Positions 8,256-17,622 of a stretch of DNA of 21,831 bases are shown one piece after another (the first letter of the stretch is position 1; every line of letters begins with the position of its first letter). The notes beneath the pieces are model-generated. The model saw nothing but the letters and a program-made list of their open reading frames with translations. It was not told the origin of the DNA and searched no databases. The DNA lies in contig CBFGJG010000034.1 of NCBI GenBank assembly GCA_965649055.1, positions 1 to 21,831 on the forward strand. The letters run 5' to 3'. Both the position numbers and the translations under genes were made by a program. The stretch comes from a candidate division WOR-3 bacterium. Lineage in GTDB: Bacteria; Hydrothermota; UBA3072; B12-G15.

Positions 8256-11200
8256 TTTTTTTACTTTTTTTATTCTACTTTCAAAAATTGTGTATAAAAC
8301 GGGCAGGAAGAAAAGGCTAAGGAATGTTGAAGAAAGAAGACCACCAATTACAGCCCTTCCAAGTGGTGCCCTTAAAGATGCTCCTTCTCCTGTCCCAATT
8401 GCCATAGGAATCATACCAATTATAGTGGTGAGTGATGTCATAAGGATTGGTCTTAATCTTCTTGAAGCTCCTGTTATTACAGCTTCTTCAAGTTTCAATT
8501 TTTTTGCACGAAGCTGATTTATGTAATCTATCATAACTATTCCATTGTTCACAGCAATCCCACCAAGAACGGCAACACCGATCAGAGACATAACATTTAT
8601 TGTTGTTCCTGTTAAAAATAGCATCCAGATAACACCTATAAAACACAGTGGGACTGTAAACATTATCACAAATGGGTCTATAAATGATTCGTATAATGCA
8701 CACATAACCATATAAACAAGGAATATAGCACCTATAACCGCAAATGTGAGCCATTTAAATGCTTCATTTTTCTGTTCTATTTCACCACCCATTTGAATAT
8801 AATATCCTTCCTGTAATGGAAGATTTTTTAATTCTTTTCTGATATCTGCAACGATACTTCCCAAGTCTCTACCAAAGTATGAGGCGGATACAGTGACAAA
8901 TCTCTTCTGATTCTTCCTCGTTATTGTCGTTGGTCCGTAATCATATTCAAATCTGGCTACATCTGATAATGTTATCATATTCCCAAAGGGTGTTTTTATT
9001 GGAAGATTCATTATATCTTTTTCTGTTTTTTTATCTTTTTCATCAAGACGAACTTTTACATAGTAATCTTCTCCTTTTTCTCTAAAGATTGTTGCTCTTT
9101 TTCCCTGTAAGTAATTGTTGACCGTTGTTGATATCAATGCAACGGGAAGGCCGTAAATCTGTGCTTTTTCCCTTGATATCTTTAAAACGAGTTCTTTTGA
9201 TTTTTCGCTCGTTGAAAGACTTACATCCCTTACACCGGAAATCTTTTCTATTTTTTCTTTAAGCAATTCAGATATCTTTTCAAGCTCCTGCAGGTCATTA
9301 CCAAAAATATTTATTTCTATAGTTGAAGATATTGTTCCCATCATAAGTATGCTCATTTCCTGTTCACTCACTTTTATATCAACACCGGGAATCCTTTTAA
9401 GTTCGGGCCTTATCCTTTCAACTATCTGAAACTGCGAGTATCTTCTTTTATTTTTATCAACAAGTCCGGCCATTATTGTTGCCGTGTTACCACCTTCAGA
9501 GAACATAAATCCACCTTCTATATTTCCTGTCATACAGGCTATAACATCAACTTCAGGAACTCTCTCTTTAAATATTTTTTCAATCTCAATAATTACTTTT
9601 TCCCTTGATGAGAGATTTGTTCCTACTGGGAAATTTGCATTCAATCTTATAGAACCTACATCTGTTTTGGACATAAATTCAGTCCCTATAAATCCAAATG
9701 GTTTAATAAGGAGTAAAGATAAAATAAAAAGAACAAGTGTTGAAAAAACCACTATTCTTTTATGATTTAGACACCATCTCAAAGAGTTTTTATAGGATTC
9801 TGTAGTTTTATCAATAAAATCAAGTATTCTCTGCTGTATTTTTTCAATTAATCCACCTTTTAATTTTGTATCTTTGAAAAATCTTGCTGATATCATCGGT
9901 ATCAATGTTAGAGATACAAAAAGTGAGATTGATAGTGTTGCAATAACGGTTAATGCAAAATCCTTAGTTAATATACCTATCATACCAGGAATCAAAATTA
10001 CAGGGAGAAAAACCATGATAGTTGTCAATGTTGAAGCTGTAATAGCCATAGCAACTTCCCTTGTTCCATTTATTGCAGAGTCCACCTTTCCTTCTTTCTC
10101 TTCTTTTCTTCTTCTATAAATATTTTCGAGAACCACTATTGAATTATCAACAAGCATACCAACAGATAGAGCAAGACCACCCATACTCATCATATTAAAA
10201 GTTATACCGAGTGAATCCATCGCAGCAAATGTTATTATAATGGATATAGGTATAGATATAGCAATCGTCAATGTTGGTGCAAGGCTCTGGAGGAAGAAAT
10301 AAAGAACAAGCACAGCGAGTAATCCTCCAAGTAAAATATTTCCTCTTATTCTTGAGAGTGAACGATTGATAAATTCAGCCATATCGTATATAATCTTTAT
10401 TTCAGTCCCTTCAGGCAAAGTTCTTTTCATTTTTTTTGTCTCTTTTAATATTTTCTTTGATACATCAACTGTCACAGCACCCGATTCTTTGAATATCTGA
10501 ATCAATACACCTTCATTCCCATCTATCCTTGCAAGTGAAGTTTTTTCTTCAATGGTATCAACAACAACCCCGATATCTTTTATCTGAACAGGAACATTCC
10601 CTTTATATCCGACAATTACATTCTCAATTTCTTTCGGTGATTTGAATTCACCAAGTGTTCTTATTATAATTTCTTTATCGCCCTTTTCAATCTTACCACT
10701 TGGAAGATTTAGATTTTGTAATGAAATACTTGAAATAACATCATTTATTGAGATACCATAGGAAATGAGCAATTCTTTTGAAAGATTAATATGTATCTCT
10801 CTCTTAAGCCCGCCAACTATCACTGCCTGTGCAACGCCTTCTATTTTTTCAAGAGATGGTTTTATATAATCTTCCGCAATCTTTCTTGCGGTTTTAAGGT
10901 CTATATTCCCTGAGAATGATATCATCATTACAGGCATCATTGTTGGGTCAAATTTTATAACAATTGGTTTATCCATATCCTGAGGAAGGAATGACCTGAC
11001 TAAATCTACTTTTTCTCTGATATCCATTGCAGCCTTATCCATGTCATAACCCCATTCGAATTGCAGAAGTGTTATACTTTGTCCTTCCATTATTACTGAA
11101 TTCATTTCACTCATACCTGATACTGTTGCACATGCACCTTCTATAGGTTTAACAATAAGGTTTTCGAAATCTTCCGGGGAAGTTCCGGAATAATTGCATA

Positions 11201-11336
11201 TTACACCGGCAATTGGAATCTGTATGTTCGGAAGTATATCAGGATTTATCCTTAATAATGACCATATACCAAAGAATATTAAAACAAGAAAAATCATAGT
11301 GAATGTTACTGCTCTTCTTATAGCAAGATTCCACAT
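8247..11336 (-). CDS. RND efflux permease (AcrB/AcrD/AcrF family)
   Basis: 1029 aa; GMLVDNSIVVLEN, AITASTLTT, FLP, RLRPILMTSLTT, GLLSSTFLSL; two large periplasmic domains. Confidence 0.96.
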   Translation of the reverse strand: MWNLAIRRAVTFTMIFLVLIFFGIWSLLRINPDILPNIQIPIAGVICNYSGTSPEDFENLIVKPIEGACATVSGMSEMNSVIMEGQSITLLQFEWGYDMDKAAMDIREKVDLVRSFLPQDMDKPIVIKFDPTMMPVMMISFSGNIDLKTARKIAEDYIKPSLEKIEGVAQAVIVGGLKREIHINLSKELLISYGISINDVISSISLQNLNLPSGKIEKGDKEIIIRTLGEFKSPKEIENVIVGYKGNVPVQIKDIGVVVDTIEEKTSLARIDGNEGVLIQIFKESGAVTVDVSKKILKETKKMKRTLPEGTEIKIIYDMAEFINRSLSRIRGNILLGGLLAVLVLYFFLQSLAPTLTIAISIPISIIITFAAMDSLGITFNMMSMGGLALSVGMLVDNSIVVLENIYRRRKEEKEGKVDSAINGTREVAMAITASTLTTIMVFLPVILIPGMIGILTKDFALTVIATLSISLFVSLTLIPMISARFFKDTKLKGGLIEKIQQRILDFIDKTTESYKNSLRWCLNHKRIVVFSTLVLFILSLLLIKPFGFIGTEFMSKTDVGSIRLNANFPVGTNLSSREKVIIEIEKIFKERVPEVDVIACMTGNIEGGFMFSEGGNTATIMAGLVDKNKRRYSQFQIVERIRPELKRIPGVDIKVSEQEMSILMMGTISSTIEINIFGNDLQELEKISELLKEKIEKISGVRDVSLSTSEKSKELVLKISREKAQIYGLPVALISTTVNNYLQGKRATIFREKGEDYYVKVRLDEKDKKTEKDIMNLPIKTPFGNMITLSDVARFEYDYGPTTITRKNQKRFVTVSASYFGRDLGSIVADIRKELKNLPLQEGYYIQMGGEIEQKNEAFKWLTFAVIGAIFLVYMVMCALYESFIDPFVIMFTVPLCFIGVIWMLFLTGTTINVMSLIGVAVLGGIAVNNGIVMIDYINQLRAKKLKLEEAVITGASRRLRPILMTSLTTIIGMIPMAIGTGEGASLRAPLGRAVIGGLLSSTFLSLFFLPVLYTIFESRIKKVKKLI

Positions 11337-11348
11337 ATATTTCTCCTT

Positions 11349-12230
11349 TTATTGAACAATGATTATTGAAGATGAGTCTTTCAGATATTCCTTCCCGGTC
11401 GTCACTATATGAGTCATCTCTGGTATTGTATCAAGGACTTCAAAAAGTTCATCTGTTATAATACCTACCTTTATTGTTTTTTTAATTGCAATTGTGTCTT
11501 TTGCGATAAAAACATATTTTTCACCTGTTTTAATATCTTCCATAAGTGCATTTACTGGAAGGACATACGTGTCTTTCTTTTCTTTGGTTATTATAAACAC
11601 TTCAACAATACTTCCTATTATAACTCCAGATGGATTATCAATATATATCTCACAATATGCTGACCTTGTTTGAGGGTCCAAAAACGGGCTAATCCTTGAA
11701 ACTATTCCACTCTTTTCCCCATTTTCAGTCATAATTATTGCTTTCTGACCTTTCTTTATTGAATTAAAGAATTTTTCACTAACATTTATTGATACTACCA
11801 GTCTTTTCGTATTCCCTATATATGCAACCGGTATCTGGGGTGCAACAGTCATTCCAATATCAATAGGGAGCCTCAGGACAATACCATCTATCGGTGATTT
11901 TACCTTTAGAGGTTCATATTCCATCCCTGGTAAAGACCTGTCTATCAAGGCAATCACATCACCTTTTTTTACATATTCCCCTTCTTTTACAAGATAACTT
12001 ATTAATTTTCCGGGAACATCAGGGAATACCTGAACCTGATTTTCACCTTTAACCACACCTATGAACTTTGATTTTTCATAAATATTTCCCTTTTTTAAAA
12101 TCACTGTTTTTACAACTATTTTGTCATTTACTGTTAAATTTACATTTCTTTTGCCCATTATTATAAAACCTATTCTTATGCCTGATAAGATAATTAAAAT
12201 TATTATAATTCCAATAATCAGTTTTTTCAT
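11349..12230 (-). CDS. RND periplasmic adaptor (membrane fusion protein), apparently lacking the alpha-helical hairpin
   Basis: N-terminal TM anchor; lipoyl halves VKEGEYVKKGDVIALID and VKSPIDGIV; GIVSRISPFLDPQTRS; VLPVNAL; located between tolC and the RND gene. Confidence 0.92.
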   Translation of the reverse strand: MKKLIIGIIIILIILSGIRIGFIIMGKRNVNLTVNDKIVVKTVILKKGNIYEKSKFIGVVKGENQVQVFPDVPGKLISYLVKEGEYVKKGDVIALIDRSLPGMEYEPLKVKSPIDGIVLRLPIDIGMTVAPQIPVAYIGNTKRLVVSINVSEKFFNSIKKGQKAIIMTENGEKSGIVSRISPFLDPQTRSAYCEIYIDNPSGVIIGSIVEVFIITKEKKDTYVLPVNALMEDIKTGEKYVFIAKDTIAIKKTIKVGIITDELFEVLDTIPEMTHIVTTGKEYLKDSSSIIIVQ

Positions 12231-13579
12231 ATTTCCTCCTTTCCCATCAGGATTTCAAGATTTCTTTTTGAAATAATATAGTTTGTCAATGTCTTTATAT
12301 ATTCTGTCTTCGACTGTAAAAGTAATAATTGAGTATCAGTGTATTCAAGATTCGTTATCTGTCCATTGTTGTATCTTTCTTCGGCAATCTTCAGTGCTTC
12401 TTCACTATTTGAAATTACTTCTTTTTGATACTCAATTATCTCTTTATTTTTCTGAATTTCGTCAAACAATTTCTTTATCTCATTTTTGAGATAATCTTCA
12501 TATTGGTAAATAGTTAAATCAATCTGTTTTATATCGCAGTTTTTTGACTTTATTTTATTTATCTTTGAAAAACCACTAAATATATTTACACTCATTCCTA
12601 TAGTAAAATTCCACGATGTTCCCCAGTCAGTATTTGAGAGGTTTTCCGGTTTCTGATAATCATAGTTGAAAAGTGCAAAAACATTAGGAAGAAAATTTGA
12701 AAGCTCGATATTCTTTGTCTTAACAATTATTTCCCTTGTTTTTTTCAATATGTTCAAATCGTTCGAATTTTCATAAGATTTTTTTAACACTTCATCAAAT
12801 GATAAAGTGAAAGGTTCATATTTCATATCTTCAAAAAGTTCAAAACTATCATCATCTATTGAAATCAATAATTTTAATGTGTTTCTCAAGGAATTATTAG
12901 CATTCTTAACATTTAAAAGCTGTGTTTTCATATTCAATAGTGCAGTTCTTGTATTAAGAAGGTCAAGTTTTGATGCAAAACCATTTGAATATAGTTTTTC
13001 AACCTGTTTTAGATGTTTTTCAGTCTGATTGTATGATTCATTCAGAAGTTCGATTGCTTTCTCTGTTGAAATGATTGAATAGAAGACCTGTGTTATCTGT
13101 ATTTTCAAGTTCTTCACCTGTTTTTCATAATTTTCCTTTTCTATCTCATAATTTAATCTTGATATTAGATATGCATTTAATATTTTCCCACCTGTAAATA
13201 TCGGTTGTTTTACGCTTGTCCTTAATACATAATTATCCTGTTTTCCCATTTCAATATCAAGCGTCTCCAAACTTACAGGCACAAAGATTGGCTGTGTATA
13301 ACCTATTGGATTACCATAGATATCATAAACAGGTATTGGAACAAGACTATCTTTTGTTGAAAGCATTGTGAGTTTTTGTGCTTCATCAAGATGTGTCCAT
13401 GAACCCTGCATATCTACCGATGGCAGAAAATTTGAAAAGGATATTTTAACATCAAGTTCTTTCTGTTTTATCTTTTCTATGGAAGATTGTATAGTTTTGT
13501 TATTTTTTAATCCATATTCGATCGCCCGGTCAATCGTGAGTATTGTTTTGGCTTGTATGAACAATATAAGAACAAACAT
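12227..13579 (-). CDS. TolC-family outer membrane efflux protein
   Basis: LTIDRAIEYGLKNN, FLPSVD, KQPIFTGGK, YSNGFASKLDLL, FLPNV, IAEERYNNGQITNLEY; SD AAGGAGGT. Confidence 0.93.
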   Translation of the reverse strand: MFVLILFIQAKTILTIDRAIEYGLKNNKTIQSSIEKIKQKELDVKISFSNFLPSVDMQGSWTHLDEAQKLTMLSTKDSLVPIPVYDIYGNPIGYTQPIFVPVSLETLDIEMGKQDNYVLRTSVKQPIFTGGKILNAYLISRLNYEIEKENYEKQVKNLKIQITQVFYSIISTEKAIELLNESYNQTEKHLKQVEKLYSNGFASKLDLLNTRTALLNMKTQLLNVKNANNSLRNTLKLLISIDDDSFELFEDMKYEPFTLSFDEVLKKSYENSNDLNILKKTREIIVKTKNIELSNFLPNVFALFNYDYQKPENLSNTDWGTSWNFTIGMSVNIFSGFSKINKIKSKNCDIKQIDLTIYQYEDYLKNEIKKLFDEIQKNKEIIEYQKEVISNSEEALKIAEERYNNGQITNLEYTDTQLLLLQSKTEYIKTLTNYIISKRNLEILMGKEEI

Positions 13580-13580
13580 C

Positions 13581-14168
13581 TTACCTCCTTTTTATTCCAT
13601 TTAAAAAAAGTTCAGCAATTTCATCAGTTTTAATCCTTTCATTTTTGTAAATCATAGAAAGAAGTATTGGTAATCTGATAGTTTCCATAAAGAACAAAGT
13701 TGCAAATTTTGTGTTCACATCCTTTATTTCATTTCTATCTATTCCTTCCTTCATTATTTCTTCAATCTCCGAGAACATCTGAATGATTCTACCTTCAATT
13801 CTTTTTTTCATCAATTTAAAAATCCTTCTGGAAAAATTGATATTCTCAATAGATACTATTGAAAAACAAAATTTATTCTTCGATAGAAATCTGTTCCATT
13901 CTGTTATTATTTTATCCAATTTTTCAACTGAGCTCAATTCAAGATTTTTGACACTATCAAGATGTTTCAACCCTTGAACAAAAAAACTATCTATCACTTC
14001 AATGTATAATGTTTCTTTGTCAGGGAAGTAAAGATAAACTGTCCCTTTACTCACATTCGCTTTCTTCGCAATCTCTTCTACAGTAGTATTAAAAAATCCC
14101 TTTTTTGCAAATAACATTGTTGCACTTTTAAGTATTTTTGTCTTTATATCAATTAAATTTTTCTTCAT
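13581..14168 (-). CDS. TetR/AcrR-family transcriptional regulator
   Basis: ILKSATMLFAKKGFFNTTVEEIAKKANVSKGTVYLYFPDKETLY HTH; first gene of the efflux operon. Confidence 0.96.
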   Translation of the reverse strand: MKKNLIDIKTKILKSATMLFAKKGFFNTTVEEIAKKANVSKGTVYLYFPDKETLYIEVIDSFFVQGLKHLDSVKNLELSSVEKLDKIITEWNRFLSKNKFCFSIVSIENINFSRRIFKLMKKRIEGRIIQMFSEIEEIMKEGIDRNEIKDVNTKFATLFFMETIRLPILLSMIYKNERIKTDEIAELFLNGIKRR

Positions 14169-14170
14169 AA

Positions 14171-14188
14171 TGACTAACCAGTCAGTCA
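14171..14188. promoter_or_regulatory. Probable TetR operator (18-bp imperfect palindrome)
   Basis: TGACTAACCAGTCAGTCA versus its reverse complement TGACTGACTGGTTAGTCA (14/18); lies between the tetR -10 box and the ATG. Confidence 0.8.
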
Positions 14189-14190
14189 GT

Positions 14191-14218
14191 ATTATATAAA
14201 TATTTCATATTTTGTCAA
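14191..14218 (-). promoter_or_regulatory. Sigma70 promoter of the tetR-tolC-adaptor-RND operon
   Basis: Minus strand TTGACA (14218-14213), 16 nt, TATAAT (14196-14191). Confidence 0.8.
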
Positions 14219-14234
14219 GTTTAAAATTACAATA

Positions 14235-14262
14235 TTGACATTTTCTGCATTTTAATTATAAT
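14235..14262 (+). promoter_or_regulatory. Sigma70 promoter of the histidine kinase, back-to-back with the tetR promoter
   Basis: TTGACA (14235-14240), 16 nt, TATAAT (14257-14262). Confidence 0.75.
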
Positions 14263-14277
14263 TTTAAAAGGTATAAT

Positions 14278-15909
14278 ATGATTAAATATAATCTATTTAA
14301 ATTCATATTCTTTTTGTGTTTTTTGTCTTTTATAAACTTATATCCTGAAACAATCAGGGTTGGAATTTATCAGAATCTTCCAAAGATAGGTCTTGATAAA
14401 AACGGGAAACCCTGTGGTATATTTGTTGATATAATAAATGAGATAGCAAAGCACGAGAACTGGAAGATTGAATGGATTTATAATGATTGGGATAAATGTC
14501 TTGAATTATTAAAAAAAGATAGCATTGATATTATGCCTGATGTTGCTTATTCAGAGGAAAGGGAAAAGGAATATGATTTTAACAAAATATCTGTTTTGGC
14601 ATCTTGGTTACAGATCCTTTCAAGGAAGGATGTTAAGATAGAATCTATAGAATCACTGGATGGTAAAGTTATAACTGTTCTTGAAGGTTCTGTTCAGGAA
14701 GAAGTTGCGTTGCAAATCCAGAAAGATTTTAATATTTCATTTAAGATTATTCCATTACGTGATTATACAAGCACAATAAGATATGTAAAATCAGGTATTG
14801 CTGATGGCGTAATTGTCTCAAGATTCTATATGTTCTTAAAAGAGAGAGAGAATGGGCTTATTCCAACAACTGTATTTCTTAAGACAACCCATCTTCATTT
14901 TGCTACAAATGAAGGAAAAAATGCAAATATCCTTGCAATAATAGACAAGCATATCTCTAAGATGTTAAATGACCCAAAATCTGCCTATTATAAAAGTTTG
15001 GAATATTGGTTAAGTGAAAAACCTTTAATCGTTATACCGGTATATTTAAAATACATAATATACTCGATCCTTATAATCCTGATTTTTGTATTATTTTTAA
15101 GTGCTATTTTAAAGTGGCAGGTGAATTTGAAAACCAAAGAATTACAGGAGAAAAACGGGATACTTGAAGATACACTTGAAAAATTGAAGAAAGCAGAGGA
15201 GGATGCAATAAAAAGGGAAAGATTGTATGTCCTCGGACAACTTGCAAGTGGAATTGCCCATGATTTTAACAATGTTTTGACACCTATAATGGGGCTTGTG
15301 GATTTGGCATTAAAAAATCTTAAGGAAGGTAAAAAAATATCAGATTTTGAAGAAAACCTTAATTTAATAAAGGTTGCCGCAGAAGAAGGGCAAAAGATTG
15401 CAGAAAGGATGAAAAAATTCTCAAATGGTATTTCAAGGCCTGAACACAAAGAGATAGTAGACTTAAATGAAAAAATAAACGAAGCAATAAGGATGATAAA
15501 AGTAAAATTGGCTAAACTGGAAAAAGAAGGGGTTCATATAAAAATAGATGTGAAATCAACAAAAGATTGTAGAATAATAGGAATGGGCTCTGATATAGTT
15601 GAGATGATACTTAATCTTCTATTAAACTCAATTGATGCACTCTCTGAAGGTGGAAATATTGATATAATAACAAAGAAGGTAAATCAGGAAATAATATTAA
15701 AAATAACAGATAATGGAACAGGGATGTCTGAAGAGGTCCTTGAAAAATGCAAAGACCCATTTTTTACCACAAAAGGAGAGAAAGGAACAGGAATTGGATT
15801 AACAATGGTATGTCAGATTGTGAATGAATATAATGGTGAAATAGATATAAAAAGTTCTAAAGGTAAAGGAACAGAAGTAACAATAAAATTTCCTGCCTTA
15901 AATTCTTAA
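14278..15909 (+). CDS. Histidine kinase with extracytoplasmic solute-binding (amino-acid SBP type) sensor domain
   Basis: Signal-like N-terminus; IRVGIYQNLP, GIFVDIINEIA, SEEREKEYDF; one TM; H-box GQLASGIAHDFNNVL; NLLLNSIDA; DNGTGM; DPFFTTK; GTGIGL; no receiver domain. Confidence 0.93.
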   Translation: MIKYNLFKFIFFLCFLSFINLYPETIRVGIYQNLPKIGLDKNGKPCGIFVDIINEIAKHENWKIEWIYNDWDKCLELLKKDSIDIMPDVAYSEEREKEYDFNKISVLASWLQILSRKDVKIESIESLDGKVITVLEGSVQEEVALQIQKDFNISFKIIPLRDYTSTIRYVKSGIADGVIVSRFYMFLKERENGLIPTTVFLKTTHLHFATNEGKNANILAIIDKHISKMLNDPKSAYYKSLEYWLSEKPLIVIPVYLKYIIYSILIILIFVLFLSAILKWQVNLKTKELQEKNGILEDTLEKLKKAEEDAIKRERLYVLGQLASGIAHDFNNVLTPIMGLVDLALKNLKEGKKISDFEENLNLIKVAAEEGQKIAERMKKFSNGISRPEHKEIVDLNEKINEAIRMIKVKLAKLEKEGVHIKIDVKSTKDCRIIGMGSDIVEMILNLLLNSIDALSEGGNIDIITKKVNQEIILKITDNGTGMSEEVLEKCKDPFFTTKGEKGTGIGLTMVCQIVNEYNGEIDIKSSKGKGTEVTIKFPALNS

Positions 15910-15916
15910 AAAAAAA

Positions 15917-15944
15917 TTGAATTTTTAAAAATTTTATCTATATT
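15917..15944 (+). promoter_or_regulatory. Candidate leaderless promoter
   Basis: TTGAAT (15917-15922), 16 nt, TATATT (15939-15944), 5 nt, ATG 15950; no SD. Confidence 0.4.
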
Positions 15945-15949
15945 TTATT

Positions 15950-16549
15950 ATGATAGAAAAATTATCGGTTCTTCCAATAATAATTGTTCCAAAAGAAGAA
16001 ACCAAAAAATTAAATAAAGCAAATAAATTAAAAATCTTAAAAAAGAATTTTTCAGATTACTTTGAATTTAATAAACCTATTATTGTCGATAGCAAATCAC
16101 TATTAAGGCGCAAAAAAAAATATATAAGATATAGATATTCAGATTATCCGCATTCAAAGGTCTGTATGGAAAAGATAAAACCGGATTTAGATTCAATAAC
16201 AAAAAAATTTGGTGTTGTGATTGAAAAAATCAGCAGTAAAGAATTTGGAATCCGGATAGAAAATTCGTATAATATTATAGAGCCGGGAAAGGACGATATT
16301 GAAAAAGCAGCGAGACTATATGTTTTAATAAAAAAATTATTAAAAAAAATAAATGGAACAAAAAGTAGAATAATCTCTTGCGAGGATTTGAAAAATCATT
16401 GTAGAAACACGATAAAGATTAAGGTTAAAGATGCAAGAAAGTTTATAAATAACACATTCGGAAACCATCATATTCTAACCTATAAAGACAATATTGAAAT
16501 TATAGAAAGGTTCAACAGGATTTGTGGAATAGAAACTATTTTAATTTAA
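15950..16549 (+). CDS. Lysine-rich hypothetical protein
   Basis: 199-codon ORF in very AT-rich DNA filling the gap between two real genes; no motif recognised. Confidence 0.65.
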   Translation: MIEKLSVLPIIIVPKEETKKLNKANKLKILKKNFSDYFEFNKPIIVDSKSLLRRKKKYIRYRYSDYPHSKVCMEKIKPDLDSITKKFGVVIEKISSKEFGIRIENSYNIIEPGKDDIEKAARLYVLIKKLLKKINGTKSRIISCEDLKNHCRNTIKIKVKDARKFINNTFGNHHILTYKDNIEIIERFNRICGIETILI

Positions 16550-16561
16550 AAGGAGATTTTT

Positions 16562-17563
16562 ATGAAAAAATTTTATTTATTTTTATTATGTATTATTTTT
16601 GCATCCTGTAATAGGGAAAAACTTCCAATAGAGCCAATTGATAAAATAACAAAACCTTCCGGGTGGTTTCTTATTGGAATCCTTCCAAATCCACATCAGG
16701 GTGTAAGTTTTGATTCAATTTATAAATATGTATCAAAATTTACACATCTTGTTCCTGTATGGGGTAAACCTTCACCATTTTATAAAATGCCTGAAGACCT
16801 TTCAGGTTCCTGGGGTGATTATTTTGTTAAAACATTGATACGGGGAAATAATATGGCTCCGCTCATACATTTTAACTTTTATGGGAAAGGTATTGTTCTG
16901 ATTTCTCCGCCTGAAATAAGTAATCCTGCACTTTCAAATACAAAATGGAGGAAATCTTACAAGGATGCTATCATTGAGGTTCTGATAGAGATAAAACCCA
17001 AATACATATCTGTTGGTAATGAAGTTAATAAATGGCTTGAGAAATATGGTTATGATGGTGATAATGGTTTTTATAATTGGATCACACTTTATGATGAAAT
17101 ATATGATACGATAAAAAAGTTGTCTCCCGATACGAAGGTCTTCTGCACATTTGCAAGGGAAATAGTGAGTGAAAACAGGGAAGCAGATCTTGAATTTTTA
17201 AGACATTTTGATTCATCAAAAATAGATATAGTTGTTTTTACAAGTTATCCATATTCAGTGAGCACGATTAATTCACCTTTAGATATACCGAATGATTATT
17301 ATTCAAAGATTCTCAATTATATTAATAAACCTGTAGGTTTTTCAGAGATATCCTGGTGGTCAAGACCTGAGTTTGGTGGTGAGCAGGGTGAATCTTTATT
17401 TATTCATTTAATACCGGAACTTCTAAAAGATATGGAAATAGAATTTGTTATGTGGCCCTGGCTCTGTGACCTTGATACGAATGATTATACGGGCTTAAAA
17501 AAATACGATGGGACTGAAAAATCTGGATTTTCAGAATGGAAGAATCTTTATCGGATGGAATAG
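16562..17563 (+). CDS. Lipoprotein, putative clan GH-A TIM-barrel glycoside hydrolase (GH53-like)
   Basis: Lipobox MKKFYLFLLCIIFAS-C; ISVGNEVN (candidate acid/base E154); VFTSYPY; KPVGFSEISW (candidate nucleophile E262); GLKKYDGTEK...W; SD AAGGAG. Confidence 0.75.
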   Translation: MKKFYLFLLCIIFASCNREKLPIEPIDKITKPSGWFLIGILPNPHQGVSFDSIYKYVSKFTHLVPVWGKPSPFYKMPEDLSGSWGDYFVKTLIRGNNMAPLIHFNFYGKGIVLISPPEISNPALSNTKWRKSYKDAIIEVLIEIKPKYISVGNEVNKWLEKYGYDGDNGFYNWITLYDEIYDTIKKLSPDTKVFCTFAREIVSENREADLEFLRHFDSSKIDIVVFTSYPYSVSTINSPLDIPNDYYSKILNYINKPVGFSEISWWSRPEFGGEQGESLFIHLIPELLKDMEIEFVMWPWLCDLDTNDYTGLKKYDGTEKSGFSEWKNLYRME

Positions 17564-17566
17564 TTT

Positions 17567-17622
17567 CGGGAAGATCAGGGACATGATGGAACAATTTATT
17601 ATAATAAAGATTTAAATTCTGT
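17567..17622. repeat. Direct repeat block A, copy 1 (copy 2 at 21291-21346)
   Basis: cgggaagatcagggacatgatggaacaatttattat...; 51/56 identical by manual alignment. Confidence 0.95.

Noticed and set aside
8530..10160. RND proton-relay variants (VDNS and VNNG instead of AcrB VDDA and AKNA) as a sign of inactivity
   Set aside because: This pattern is common in a broad RND subfamily; not unusual
3748..15449. Other short ORFs nested in the regulator, kinase, RND, adaptor, TolC and TetR genes
   Set aside because: Fully overlap strong CDSs and have shadow-like S/F/I-rich composition
16112..16349. Poly-A tracts (A9 at 16112-16120, A8 at 16342-16349) as phase-variation sites
   Set aside because: Such runs are expected in this AT-rich, Lys-rich sequence and the frame is intact
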